Below are positions 19,673-30,370 of a stretch of DNA of 64,000 nucleotides, piece after piece (the stretch's first letter is position 1; each line of letters opens with the position of its first letter). The position numbers and the translations under genes are program-made. Origin of the DNA: Candidatus Methanomethylicia archaeon. Lineage in GTDB: Archaea > Thermoproteota > Methanomethylicia > CALHIW01. The stretch lies in the NCBI GenBank assembly GCA_038845975.1, contig JAWBQF010000004.1, positions 72,020 through 136,019 on the forward strand, read 5' to 3'. The notes under the pieces were generated by a model, which made no database searches, was not told where the DNA came from, and worked only from the letters and a program-made list of their open reading frames with translations.

Positions 19673-20743
19673 CTACAGTATAAACCATTTCCCATCCTTC
19701 ATTACTAGCTCATTATCGAAGTATATTTCTCCATTTACTCTTAAATCTTTAATCATATCCCAATGTATTGCTGATTCATTCCTGCTTAAAGTTTCACTAT
19801 AGCCTCTTCCTAATGCTAAGTGTATTGTACCCCCAATTTTTTCATCAAACAATATTTCCTTAACACTTCTAGTAATGTTGTAGTTAAGACCTATACCAAA
19901 CTCACCTATTCTTCTAGCTCCTTCATCTGTATTTAGCATTTTTTTAAGAAATACTTCATTAAATCGGGCTTTACACTCAGTAACGACACCATCTTTAAAT
20001 TTTAAATGGATGTCTTCAACTATGTTTCCGTAAAAAACTGCTGGTATGTCAAATTCTATTACTCCATTAACGCTGTCTTCAATTACTGATGTGAAAACTT
20101 CTCCATCAGGCATGTTTCTCTTACCATCAGCAACTACAGCGCTTCTATTTTTAACGCTGAACTCTATATCAGTATTTGAGCCTATAATTCTAACTTTATC
20201 TGTTCTATTAAGCCTATCTTTAATTTTATGTAGTTCCATAGATGTTTTTCTCCAATCAATAAGGCAGGCATTAAATACAAAGTCTTCAAACTCTTGAAGA
20301 GACATACCTGCTTCCTGCGCTAATCCTTCAGTTGGGCAGTAAAAGATAACCCATCTCGTTTTTTCAACACGCCAATCAAATATAGGTTTTAAAACTTTCA
20401 TTCGCATACTGATTTTTGATGGATCAATAGATGAAAGCTCCTTTACATTTAATGGAGCTCTTAAAGCAATATATACATCAGTATTTTTAATCTCAAACAT
20501 ATCGATTTCAGGGAAGAATTGAATATGCTTGTCTTGAGCATACTTATAAAACATGTACTGTCTTCCAGGAATTTCAACTCTAATCCATGGATAAGCTCCT
20601 TTAATAAGAGCATTCTTATAAATTTCCAATGCTAAATCTTTAGCAGCTAAATCAGCATATATTAATACTTTATCATCACTTCTAACCTCCGTTGAATATT
20701 CAAGAAGTAAATTAGCTATTTTAACTATTCTCCCATCAACCAT
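19673..20743 (-). CDS. Thermophilic metalloaminopeptidase (M29, AmpT/PepS family)
   Basis: NMPDGEVF, GEFGIG, FDEKIGGTIHLALG and SAIHWD motifs. Confidence 0.93.
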   Translation of the reverse strand: MVDGRIVKIANLLLEYSTEVRSDDKVLIYADLAAKDLALEIYKNALIKGAYPWIRVEIPGRQYMFYKYAQDKHIQFFPEIDMFEIKNTDVYIALRAPLNVKELSSIDPSKISMRMKVLKPIFDWRVEKTRWVIFYCPTEGLAQEAGMSLQEFEDFVFNACLIDWRKTSMELHKIKDRLNRTDKVRIIGSNTDIEFSVKNRSAVVADGKRNMPDGEVFTSVIEDSVNGVIEFDIPAVFYGNIVEDIHLKFKDGVVTECKARFNEVFLKKMLNTDEGARRIGEFGIGLNYNITRSVKEILFDEKIGGTIHLALGRGYSETLSRNESAIHWDMIKDLRVNGEIYFDNELVMKDGKWFIL

Positions 20744-20876
20744 TCAAACCACCAAATAGCTAAGCTATTAGAATTTTCAATCTTATATATCTTCTTAATT
20801 AATGATGGATGCTGAAGCTTAACAGCTACTAATTCCTTACTAAATGCGTTAATTATATATTTAATAGCTAATTAGC

Positions 20877-21542
20877 ATGAATATGGTTGGATCTATATTT
20901 AAAATAAGGAAAGTAACTGTTGGACCTCTTGAAACAAACTGTTACTTATTAATTAATGAGAATACAAATAACGCTGTAGTTGTCGATCCTGGATGGGATT
21001 CAGATAAAATAATTAGGGTTCTCAGGGATACCCATATTAAGTACATTATTGCTACTCATGGACATTTCGATCATGTTTCAGCCGTTAAGAAGCTAAGAGA
21101 AAGTAAGGGAGGAGCATTTATGATTCATAAGTTAGACCTAGAAATACTTAGCCACGCTAGGATTAGCTCATATCTTTTCCTAGGAGCTAATATTGATGAG
21201 CCGCCAAGCCCAGATATAATTCTTGAGGATGAAGTAGAAGTAGAATTTGAAGAACTTAAACTTAAAATAATCCATACACCAGGTCATTCTCCAGGTAGTA
21301 TAAGTATATACATTAAGGAATTAAATAGCCTGCTAAGTGGAGATACATTATTTAGGGATAGTGTAGGTAGAACTGATATTCCAGGTGGATCATGGGAAGA
21401 ATTAAAGAACTCACTAAGAAAACTACTTCAAAACCTTCCGGATACAACGGTAATATATCCTGGTCATGGTCCTGAAACAACAGTAGGTAGGGAGAAAAGT
21501 ATTAATCCATTTGTTAATGAGATACTATTCAGCAAACATTGA
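20877..21542 (+). CDS. MBL-fold metallo-hydrolase (glyoxalase II-like)
   Basis: THGHFDH, HTPGHSPG, SGDTLF and YPGHG motifs. Confidence 0.92.
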   Translation: MNMVGSIFKIRKVTVGPLETNCYLLINENTNNAVVVDPGWDSDKIIRVLRDTHIKYIIATHGHFDHVSAVKKLRESKGGAFMIHKLDLEILSHARISSYLFLGANIDEPPSPDIILEDEVEVEFEELKLKIIHTPGHSPGSISIYIKELNSLLSGDTLFRDSVGRTDIPGGSWEELKNSLRKLLQNLPDTTVIYPGHGPETTVGREKSINPFVNEILFSKH

Positions 21543-21866
21543 ATTTATATCTTCATAGTTCTAAATTGCTCTTTATATTGCTTTTTATAATGTTACTAAT
21601 TTATTGATAGTGTTGTTTATATTAGGGCTCTCATCAGTCTCACATGTCAAGTTTAGCGTTTCACTAAGCTTCTTAGGAATTATTGGAAACCAATATCTGA
21701 AAACTATAGACCTAATTCGTCTCCATATAGTAATACTACTAAATCATGGTAATAACATAATAAATCTTAAATCACTAATTTGATATTTTAGACATTAGTA
21801 CTCTATAAACTTTAATGTGGAAGTATATGTTTGATTGGTTAAGTTCACAAGGTGGAAAGCGTATTA

Positions 21867-21880
21867 GAAAAGTTTAATAG
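21867..21880 (+). promoter_or_regulatory. Putative BRE/TATA promoter of reverse gyrase
   Basis: GAAAAGTTTAATAG about 30 bp upstream of the ATG at 21910. Confidence 0.5.
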
Positions 21881-21909
21881 TACTAGAACGATTAGGCTTT
21901 AGGCAATAT

Positions 21910-24900
21910 ATGAGAGCACTGTTTCTAAATGCTTGTCCAAATTGTGGAGGAGATATACTGGATGAGAGGCTTTCACTGGGAGTACCTTGCGAGAAATGTC
22001 TTCCAATATCAATTAAAGAAATAACCGAGATATCATCAGTAGTAGGTAGTGAGAATTTTAAATTTAAAGTTTATGAACTCCTAAAAAGCCATAATACACT
22101 AAGCGGACTTTCCAGTCTGTTTAGTGTTGATGTTAAGCTTAAGGAGTTAGATGAGTTGTTTCATAAAGCTACGGGAAGTAGGCTTTGGAGTGCTCAAAGA
22201 GCATGGGCTAGAAGGGCGCTAGCTGGTAGAAGTTTCGCTATAATAGCTCCCACCGGTATGGGTAAGACAGTTTTTGGAATTGCATTATCAGTATATAATG
22301 CTTTAAATGAGAAACGTAGCTACATTATTGTTCCAACAGCAATTTTAGCTGAACAGGTTTACAGTAAAATCAATATATTTATTGAAAAGCTTAATCTAAA
22401 CATTAAAGTTTCACGTTACCACTCAGTTTTAGATGGAAACCAAAGAAAAAAGGAGCTTAACAAGATTATTAACGGTGAATTCGATATATTAGTCACTACT
22501 TCAAGCTTCCTCACTAACAATTTTAATATAGTTTCAAAATACTTATTTAACCTAGTTTTTGTAGATGATGTTGATTCTCTATTAAAATCTTCGAAAAATG
22601 TAGATAAAGTACTTATGCTTTTAGGTTTAACTCCTGAAATTATATCTAATGGTTTAAAAATTGTAGATCTGAAAGCTAAACTTTCAAAACTTCAAAAACG
22701 AAAAACAACCTCTAAAGAAGTAGACAGTATAGAATCTGAAATTGAACATACTAAAGAGGCAATTAGCGACTTCATAAATAAGGTAAAGACAGGAATTCTC
22801 ATAGTTTCAGGAGCTTCAACTAAAGCTAGAAGAACCAAGAGAGTTAAGTTATTCAATGAGTTATTGGGATTTGAAATAGGATCAAGAATAGAGTTTATTA
22901 GAAACATAGAGGATATATATGTTCATGATGTACATGTAGTTGAGGATAAGGTTATTGAGCTTATAAGGAAGTTAGGATCTGGAGGCATTGTATTTATTCC
23001 AATGGATAAAGGGGTAGAATATGCTGAAAAGCTTTACGGAAAGCTTATAGAGAGCGGTATTAATGCTGGTATCTACACTAAATCTAAAAGGAAGCTTATA
23101 GAGGATTTCACTAATGGTAAATATGATGTCCTAATTGGTATGGCTTCCTATAGAAGCCCATTAACTAGAGGTATTGATATTCCACATAGAATTAGGTATG
23201 CTATATTTGCTGGAGTTCCAAAGTTTAGAATTAGCCTTGATATTGAAGAGGAGTTTAAACCTTCACGTGCATTAATATTACTTGCAAATTTAAGAGATTT
23301 ATTGGAGCAGAAGGAGCAGGATTTAGTGGACAAGTATATAATGGATCTTAGAAACTTAATAGCAATTATTGGAAGAGATGACATGAAGAAAATAGTTGAT
23401 GCTGTGAAACAGAATGTTAAGCTTACAGGCTTCCTTGAAAGAGTTAGAAGGAAGTTTATTGAAATAATTTCGTTTTTAACAAATCTAATAGGAAGAGAAG
23501 ATATTAAGGAGAAAATTAAGCTAGCACCTCACCTGTCAATAAGCTCCGAGTTAGGTAAGCCGTATCTCGTAGTTCCAGACGCTGTCGCATATATTCAAGC
23601 ATCAGGTAGAACTTCAAGATTGTATCTTGGAGGAGTATCAAAGGGTATTTCCATAGTTATTATTGATGATGATAAAGCATTTAATGGATTAGTAAAGGAT
23701 GTTAAATGGTATGTTGAAGAAATAAATTGGAAAGATATCAAGGATGTTAATATTACTAAGTTATTGGAAGCTGTAGATAGCGATAGAGCTACAATAAGAA
23801 AGCTAATGGATGGAGTGATAAGTCCAGAATTTCAGGATATAGTTAAAACAGCACTTCTAGTTGTCGAGTCGCCTACTAAGGCAAGAACTATAGCGAAATT
23901 CTTCGGTAAACCTAGTAAAAGAACTATTCATGAACTAACTATTTACGAAGTAAGTACTGGGGACTTAGTTCTTAACATAGCTGCTAGTGGAGGACATGTC
24001 TTCGATATCCCAACCTATGATTTAGGAGGTAATAGTTTATATGGTGTATTAAGTATTGATGGAAGATTTATACCGGCATACATCACTATTAAGAGATGTT
24101 TAAAATGTAGGAAAACATTCACGGAGCCAATAGGAAAGTGTCCATCCTGTCAATCTCCTCTAGAAGATAAAATGTGGATTATAGAAGCATTAAGAGATGC
24201 TGCTTGGGAGGCAGATATGGTTTTAATAGGAACTGATGCTGATGCTGAAGGGGAAAAAATAGGATGGGATATTGCACAAATGCTGATGCCGTATACTTCA
24301 ATGATTAAAAGAATTGAATTTCATGAAGTAACAAAAAGAGCATTAATAAATGCATTAAAAAATATGCGTGATATTAACCATAAACTTGTAGAAGCCCAAA
24401 TAGTACGGAGAATTGAGGATAGATGGATTGGATTTGAGCTCAGTAAGAAGCTATGGTCTAAATTTAATAATTACAGGTTATCAGCTGGAAGAGTACAAAC
24501 TCCTGTTTTAGGCTGGGTTGTTGAAAGAACAAGTGAAACTAGAAGAAATATTCAGGATTTCTTCGAGCTTACATTAGAGAATGGAATTAAAATAGTTTTA
24601 AAAAAGCCATTAATGAAACATGAGGAAGTTAAAAGAGAAATAGATAAACTTAAAAATTTAACATGCATAGTTAAATGGGTTTTAAAGGAAGAGGAGGAAG
24701 TTAATCCGTCACCACCATTCTCAACAGACTCACTACTTAACGAGGCAGCATCAACACTAAAGTTTAATGTTAGTAAAACTATGGCTTTAGCTCAGGACCT
24801 ATTTGAAGTAGGCTTAATAACATATCACAGAACTGATAGTATAAGAGTTTCTTCAATTGGGCAGAATATAGCATTAGAATACATTAGGGATAAATTTGGT

Positions 24901-25593
24901 GAAGAATTCTTTAAGCCACGTGAATGGTCGAGAGAGGGGGCACATGAATGTATAAGACCGACAAGACCTATAGATACAGCGAGACTTAGACAACTACTAG
25001 CATTAGGTGTTATAAGACTTGCTAAGAGATTAACAGATGATCATCTAGCATTATATGATATTATATTTAAAAAATTTATTGCAAGCCAAATGACACCTAC
25101 AAAAGTAGTTAAGCAGAAATGTGAAATAGCTATTGAAGACTACATTGAAAAAATTGAAGGTTACATACACATAGTTAAACCTGGCTTTAGCCTTATAAAA
25201 CCTCTCCACTTAATACCGGAGGTCAAGGAAGGCGCAATAAAGATATTAAATGTACAGAACTGGAAAGCTCCAACAGTTAATTTACTAACACAGGGAGATA
25301 TAATAGGACTAATGAAAATTAGAGGAATAGGAAGACCATCAACATACGCTAAAATTATGGAAACACTATTTCAGAGAGGATATATAAAGGAAAGCCCTAA
25401 AAGAAACATAATTTCAACAAAGAAGGGGTACATGGTTTACATTTATCTTTCCAACGAGTTTAATGAATTTGTATCTGAAGAAACAACAAGAAAACTTGAG
25501 GAAATAATGGATTTAATAGAAAAAGGAAGTATTGATTATCAAGATGTTCTACATAAACTATACAGTGAAATAGTAAGTATAAGAATAAGGTAA
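21910..25593 (+). CDS. rgy: Reverse gyrase
   Basis: N-terminal Zn finger (CPNC...CEKC), SF2 helicase-like APTGMGKT/DDVD/QASGRTSR, TOPRIM VESPTKA, a second Zn finger and catalytic ITYHRTDS. Confidence 0.98.
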   Translation: MRALFLNACPNCGGDILDERLSLGVPCEKCLPISIKEITEISSVVGSENFKFKVYELLKSHNTLSGLSSLFSVDVKLKELDELFHKATGSRLWSAQRAWARRALAGRSFAIIAPTGMGKTVFGIALSVYNALNEKRSYIIVPTAILAEQVYSKINIFIEKLNLNIKVSRYHSVLDGNQRKKELNKIINGEFDILVTTSSFLTNNFNIVSKYLFNLVFVDDVDSLLKSSKNVDKVLMLLGLTPEIISNGLKIVDLKAKLSKLQKRKTTSKEVDSIESEIEHTKEAISDFINKVKTGILIVSGASTKARRTKRVKLFNELLGFEIGSRIEFIRNIEDIYVHDVHVVEDKVIELIRKLGSGGIVFIPMDKGVEYAEKLYGKLIESGINAGIYTKSKRKLIEDFTNGKYDVLIGMASYRSPLTRGIDIPHRIRYAIFAGVPKFRISLDIEEEFKPSRALILLANLRDLLEQKEQDLVDKYIMDLRNLIAIIGRDDMKKIVDAVKQNVKLTGFLERVRRKFIEIISFLTNLIGREDIKEKIKLAPHLSISSELGKPYLVVPDAVAYIQASGRTSRLYLGGVSKGISIVIIDDDKAFNGLVKDVKWYVEEINWKDIKDVNITKLLEAVDSDRATIRKLMDGVISPEFQDIVKTALLVVESPTKARTIAKFFGKPSKRTIHELTIYEVSTGDLVLNIAASGGHVFDIPTYDLGGNSLYGVLSIDGRFIPAYITIKRCLKCRKTFTEPIGKCPSCQSPLEDKMWIIEALRDAAWEADMVLIGTDADAEGEKIGWDIAQMLMPYTSMIKRIEFHEVTKRALINALKNMRDINHKLVEAQIVRRIEDRWIGFELSKKLWSKFNNYRLSAGRVQTPVLGWVVERTSETRRNIQDFFELTLENGIKIVLKKPLMKHEEVKREIDKLKNLTCIVKWVLKEEEEVNPSPPFSTDSLLNEAASTLKFNVSKTMALAQDLFEVGLITYHRTDSIRVSSIGQNIALEYIRDKFGEEFFKPREWSREGAHECIRPTRPIDTARLRQLLALGVIRLAKRLTDDHLALYDIIFKKFIASQMTPTKVVKQKCEIAIEDYIEKIEGYIHIVKPGFSLIKPLHLIPEVKEGAIKILNVQNWKAPTVNLLTQGDIIGLMKIRGIGRPSTYAKIMETLFQRGYIKESPKRNIISTKKGYMVYIYLSNEFNEFVSEETTRKLEEIMDLIEKGSIDYQDVLHKLYSEIVSIRIR

Positions 25594-26346
25594 ATCGTAC
25601 TCCAATTAGAGCGACATAGAAGCATTTCTTCATTCTTACTATCCTATATGTTTAAGCTTGAGTTTTCTTTATTTATAGTGAATTGTAGCTATTTGCTTGT
25701 AAATATTATAATTTAGATTTCATCTAATAAAGTTTAGTTTATATATTGTTGGTTTATCTGGTTAGGTTTGCGATGCTTACGATACTCAAATACAAAATTT
25801 ATCACTCTAATAAATAATATGAGTTGAACTATTTTAAGAATAAAACCATTAACAGAATCTAAGCTTCTAAACGAACTATATAAGCTTTCCAAAATCTTAT
25901 ATATTGTTTCCCAATATAGACACTACCCACCTTTACTGTCACTAGCATAAGCTAGTTCTACTCCTCCCATAATCACATTACGATATAACTCCACTATAAG
26001 AATGATCTAATTCAGCTCTACCTTACATATTAGCGAATACTAGCTCTTATCAACTATGTTTAGAATTAATTGTTGATTTCAAAATGTTAATTTGATTAGC
26101 TGTTAATCACCTATATTGGAAGAGTAGTTAACAATTTTAAAGCTAATCATCATCCTACACTAAACTTCTACGATATAACTATGGGGTATTCGTAAATCCA
26201 CATAGAAAACATTATACTAATGCTTAGTCTCAAATATAGATAGCCATATTAATCATAATAATAGTGCTGAATGACTGTCTAAATGTAGGTGTTATGAATT
26301 CATATACTATGGAAAATTTTAAGTGCTTACAATTATATTTCAACTT

Positions 26347-28017
26347 ATGAGTTACATAAATAATGTAGTACTAAAACAAATCGAACTAGAGGAAAAAGAA
26401 AGGGAAAAAGCTAAAAAAGGGCTTGAAAGAAAGAATAAATTTGAAACATTATCAGGCATTGAGGTTAAACAGTTTTATAAACCTGAAGATATTAAAAATT
26501 TAAATTATGAAAGGGACTTAGGAGATCCAGGTCATTACCCATTTACAAGAGGTATTTATGAAACCATGTATCGCGGTAGACTCTGGACTATTAGAATGTT
26601 TTCTGGATTTGGAAGTCCAAGAGAAACAAATTCTAGATGGAAGGACCTAATAGCTCATGGTGAAACAGGATTAAGCTGTGCCTTCGACTATCCAACACTT
26701 TTAGGATATGATTCAGACGATCCATTAGCAAGAGGGGAAGTTGGTAGATGCGGTGTTTCTGTATCATGTATTAAAGATATGGAAGATCTTTGGAGTGGAA
26801 TACCTATTGGCAAAGTTACTGTAAACTATACTATAAATACTCCAGCAATATATATTCTTGCATGCCATTTCGCTCTAGCTGAAGCTCAAGGCTACTATTT
26901 AACTGATGTTAGCGGCACAACACAAAATGATATGCTTAAGGAGTTTATAGGTCAGAAATCATATAGATTCCCTCCTGAACCACATGTTAATATTGTTATT
27001 GACATTATAAAGTTCTGCGTTAAGAATGCGCCCAGATGGCATCCAGTTAGTGTAAGCGGCTATCATATAAGAGAAGCTGGAGCTACACCTATTCAGGAGC
27101 TTGCATGGACAATTGCAGATGGCATAACCTATATTGAGAAATGCATAGAAGCTGGATTAAATATTGATGATGTTGCACCAACATTTTCCTTCTTCTTTGC
27201 ATGTGGGGATAACTTTTTCGAAGAAATAGCGAAGTTTAGAGCTGCTAGACGTATATGGGCTAAAATTATGCGTGAGAGATTTAATGCTATTAAGACCAAA
27301 TCTTGGACTCTTAGATTTCATACACAGACAGCAGGCCATACATTAACATATCAATATCCAGAGCTTAATATTGTTAGAGTAGCAATACAGGCTTTAGCTG
27401 CAGTTCTAGGAGGAACACAGTCACTTCATACAAACTCATTTGACGAAGCAATATGTGTCCCTACTGAAAAAGCAGCTAGAATAGCGACTCTTACTCAACG
27501 TATTATAGCACATGAAACCGGTGTAGCTGATGTAATTGATCCATTAGGAGGTTCATACTATGTAGAGTGGTTAACAAATGAAATGGAGGAGAAAGCATGG
27601 AGTGAAATAGAAAGAATAGAGAGAATGGGCGGGGTTATAGAATGTATAAAGAATGGCTACTTCCTCATTGAAATTGCGAAATCAGCAAATGAATATAGAA
27701 GAAAAATGGAGAGGGGGGAAATAGAGAAAGTTGGGGTTAACATACTTCAACCAGCTGAGCTAAAATACGATTTTAAACCTTTGAAAGTACCTTTAGAACT
27801 TGAAGATGAGAGAAGGAAATTTCTAAATGAATTTAGAGGAAATAGAGATCAGCAAAAAGTCAATTATATACTAGATAAGCTAAGAAAAGCTGCTGAGAAA
27901 AATGATCATTTATTCCCAGTAGTACTTGAAGCTGTTAAAGCTAAAGCAACATTAGGAGAGGTTATGTACGTATTTGAGGGGGTTTATGGAAGATATCGTG
28001 AACCCACAATCTTCTAA
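26347..28017 (+). CDS. AdoCbl-dependent acyl-CoA mutase large subunit, isobutyryl-CoA mutase-type signature
   Basis: YPFTRG, WTIRMFSGFG, QNDMLKEFIGQK, SGYHIREAGA and QSLHTNSFDEA motifs. ATG at 26347 follows a TATA at about 26317. Confidence 0.92.
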   Translation: MSYINNVVLKQIELEEKEREKAKKGLERKNKFETLSGIEVKQFYKPEDIKNLNYERDLGDPGHYPFTRGIYETMYRGRLWTIRMFSGFGSPRETNSRWKDLIAHGETGLSCAFDYPTLLGYDSDDPLARGEVGRCGVSVSCIKDMEDLWSGIPIGKVTVNYTINTPAIYILACHFALAEAQGYYLTDVSGTTQNDMLKEFIGQKSYRFPPEPHVNIVIDIIKFCVKNAPRWHPVSVSGYHIREAGATPIQELAWTIADGITYIEKCIEAGLNIDDVAPTFSFFFACGDNFFEEIAKFRAARRIWAKIMRERFNAIKTKSWTLRFHTQTAGHTLTYQYPELNIVRVAIQALAAVLGGTQSLHTNSFDEAICVPTEKAARIATLTQRIIAHETGVADVIDPLGGSYYVEWLTNEMEEKAWSEIERIERMGGVIECIKNGYFLIEIAKSANEYRRKMERGEIEKVGVNILQPAELKYDFKPLKVPLELEDERRKFLNEFRGNRDQQKVNYILDKLRKAAEKNDHLFPVVLEAVKAKATLGEVMYVFEGVYGRYREPTIF

Positions 28018-28027
28018 GTGAGGTAGC

Positions 28028-28429
28028 ATGGAGAAGAAAATTAGAGTACTTATAGCTAAGCCTGGACTTAATGGGCATGATAGAGGAGCTAAAGTTGTAG
28101 CTAGAGGACTTGCAGAAGAAGGAATGGAAGTTATATATGCTGGATTATGGAATACGCCTGAGCAAATAGTTGAAACAGCCATTCAGGAGGATGTTGATGT
28201 AATAGGTTTAAGTATTCTCTCAGGAGCACATGATGTTTTAGTACCGGAAGTTTTAAGGATTCTAAGAGAAAGAGGAATTGATAATGTTATAGTATTAGTT
28301 GGAGGTACTATTCCACTTGAAGATATTAAATTTCTAAAGGATTATGGTGTAAAAGAGGTTTTTCTTCCAGGAACACCAATTTCAGAAATAGCTAAATTCA
28401 TAAAGCAAATAATATACAAAACTGAGTAA
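28028..28429 (+). CDS. Acyl-CoA mutase cobalamin-binding small subunit
   Basis: KPGLNGHDRGAKV, GLSILSGAH and VGGTIP motifs. Confidence 0.93.
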   Translation: MEKKIRVLIAKPGLNGHDRGAKVVARGLAEEGMEVIYAGLWNTPEQIVETAIQEDVDVIGLSILSGAHDVLVPEVLRILRERGIDNVIVLVGGTIPLEDIKFLKDYGVKEVFLPGTPISEIAKFIKQIIYKTE

Positions 28430-28834
28430 ACAAAATAAATAAGAGTAAAATAAAGAATAATCATAAATCCTAAATGGACTTATAAAATACCAAATATTAA
28501 ATACAGATTAGAATAAGCAATAACATCAAAAGAAAACTAAAAATCAATATTGAACCATATAAGTACTATGAAATTAATCAATGCTATCGATTAAACATGC
28601 TTAGTTAGAAGACAAAATCATATGATGGAATATATAATTTAATTTCTAAAATATAACAGAAAATACAAACTGATACAAGTAAACTTCAACAATAAGGTAT
28701 GGTGTAGAAGCTATAATAATTACTCAATTCCATATATTAAAATTCTTTCCATTAATTATTTTGATGCATTTATTGATAATATATGGTTTAGTTTAACTAT
28801 AATTCAGTAGCAAGTTAACATCTATGTTAGGAAT

Positions 28835-29797
28835 TTATGATGAATGAAGCATTTTTGATATGAGTCTAATAATTTGTTTAGTTGCGTTATAGGATGTTAT
28901 TTCGGATCTCATATATGATTCTACTATTTTTCCAATTTCTAAGTCTTTATATAGCTTCTCTTTAATAATCATGTTTAACTCGTATAGAACATTATCTGTA
29001 AGCTCGGACATAAAGCGTTTTCTATTAAGTTTTGTAAAAGTATCCGTTTTATAGAGGAAGTCCTTATGAATCTGTATTTGATGATATAGCTCCTCTACTC
29101 CTATTCCGGTTAAACCAATGGTTTTCACTACTGGAGGTATCCATCCTTCTTCATGTTTTCTATATTTAAGAAGCTCTACTAACATCATAGCTACCAACTC
29201 AGCATTTGGATTATCTGATTTATTTATAACATATATGTCTGCAACCTCCATTATACCTGACTTCATAAACTGAATTTCATCACCAAGCATGGGTCCAAGT
29301 ACAAGTAGGACTGTATGTGAATAGTTTGCTATATTCACATCAAGCTGCCCAGCACCTACACTTTCAATTATTATAGTATTGAAACCTGCTGCTTCAAGAA
29401 TTCTAATAGCTGGACCTAATGCTCTTGCAATGCCGCCATATCCTCCCCTTGTAGCCATACTTCTAATAAAAACTCCATCATCAAGACTATGTCTTTGCAT
29501 TCTAACCCTATCACCAAGTAGTGCTCCACCAGTAAAGGGGCTTGTAGGATCAATAGCTATAACAGCAATACTACATTTTGACTTTCTATATATTGATATT
29601 AACTTATCTATGAGTGTGCTTTTACCAATTCCAAGAGGACCAGTTACACCTACTATATGAGATTTTCCACAGTATTCTCTTAATGCTTTAAGTATATAAC
29701 ATGCTTCAGGTTTAAAATTCTCTATAGTCGATATTGCTTTAGCTATTGCTTTCTTATCACCGTTTAGTATATCTTTAACGATTTCCATTTCTATCAT
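28835..29797 (-). CDS. meaB: Mutase-associated GTPase chaperone MeaB/ArgK
   Basis: GVTGPLGIGKSTL, DPTSPFTGGALLGDRVRM, FIRSMATRG and NKSD motifs. Confidence 0.93.
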   Translation of the reverse strand: MIEMEIVKDILNGDKKAIAKAISTIENFKPEACYILKALREYCGKSHIVGVTGPLGIGKSTLIDKLISIYRKSKCSIAVIAIDPTSPFTGGALLGDRVRMQRHSLDDGVFIRSMATRGGYGGIARALGPAIRILEAAGFNTIIIESVGAGQLDVNIANYSHTVLLVLGPMLGDEIQFMKSGIMEVADIYVINKSDNPNAELVAMMLVELLKYRKHEEGWIPPVVKTIGLTGIGVEELYHQIQIHKDFLYKTDTFTKLNRKRFMSELTDNVLYELNMIIKEKLYKDLEIGKIVESYMRSEITSYNATKQIIRLISKMLHSS

Positions 29798-29959
29798 GTC
29801 TCATTTCAATTACTTCATCCTTATAAAAGTTTTCTAGCGGTTAAGATGTATTTTTAAATATGATTGATAGAATTAGTTAACATTAGATATCTCATCTTTA
29901 CTAATAAAATTAAATCTACGAACATACTTCATGAATTTAGCTTCTAATATTTATTTAAA

Positions 29960-30342
29960 ACATGATTTTAAGATTTACCCTTACATATAGGGGAATTTTG
30001 TATTAATCTAGGCTGTGATTGAGAATTTTACTTCTAGTATTTTGAATAGATTATATGCTTCATGAGTTAAGATCAACCTATTCTTATGGCTGTGATTAGT
30101 AGAGTTGGAAAAGTTAAGAAGACAGGTATGACTATATTTATTAATCTCTTCACACGTAGTTTCCAGTATTGAGAAGAATATTGTGATGAAGTTTCTTTAA
30201 GTTCTCTCTATTCTTATTTTGTTTATTCTTTGCTATTATAGGAAAGACTATAGAGTAGCTGTTGAAAATTATGAAGATTTGTGAAGGAACTAGTGAAATT
30301 TAAAGGATAGTAATTATAATGCAGCTTTTAAAAAAGTTTTGA
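29960..30342 (+). pseudogene. Acyl-CoA dehydrogenase relic
   Basis: 30265-30342 reads KIMKICEGTSEI*RIVIIMQLLKKF*, matching the ACAD C-terminal motif KI..IYEGTSEIQR.VI. The upstream part is poorly recognisable and the start is approximate. Confidence 0.65.
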
Positions 30343-30370
30343 AGTGGATTTATTAGGATTAAGCTAGCTC

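Noticed and set aside
26347-28017. Annotation as canonical methylmalonyl-CoA mutase
   Set aside because: It lacks the Tyr/Arg pair that binds the substrate carboxylate.
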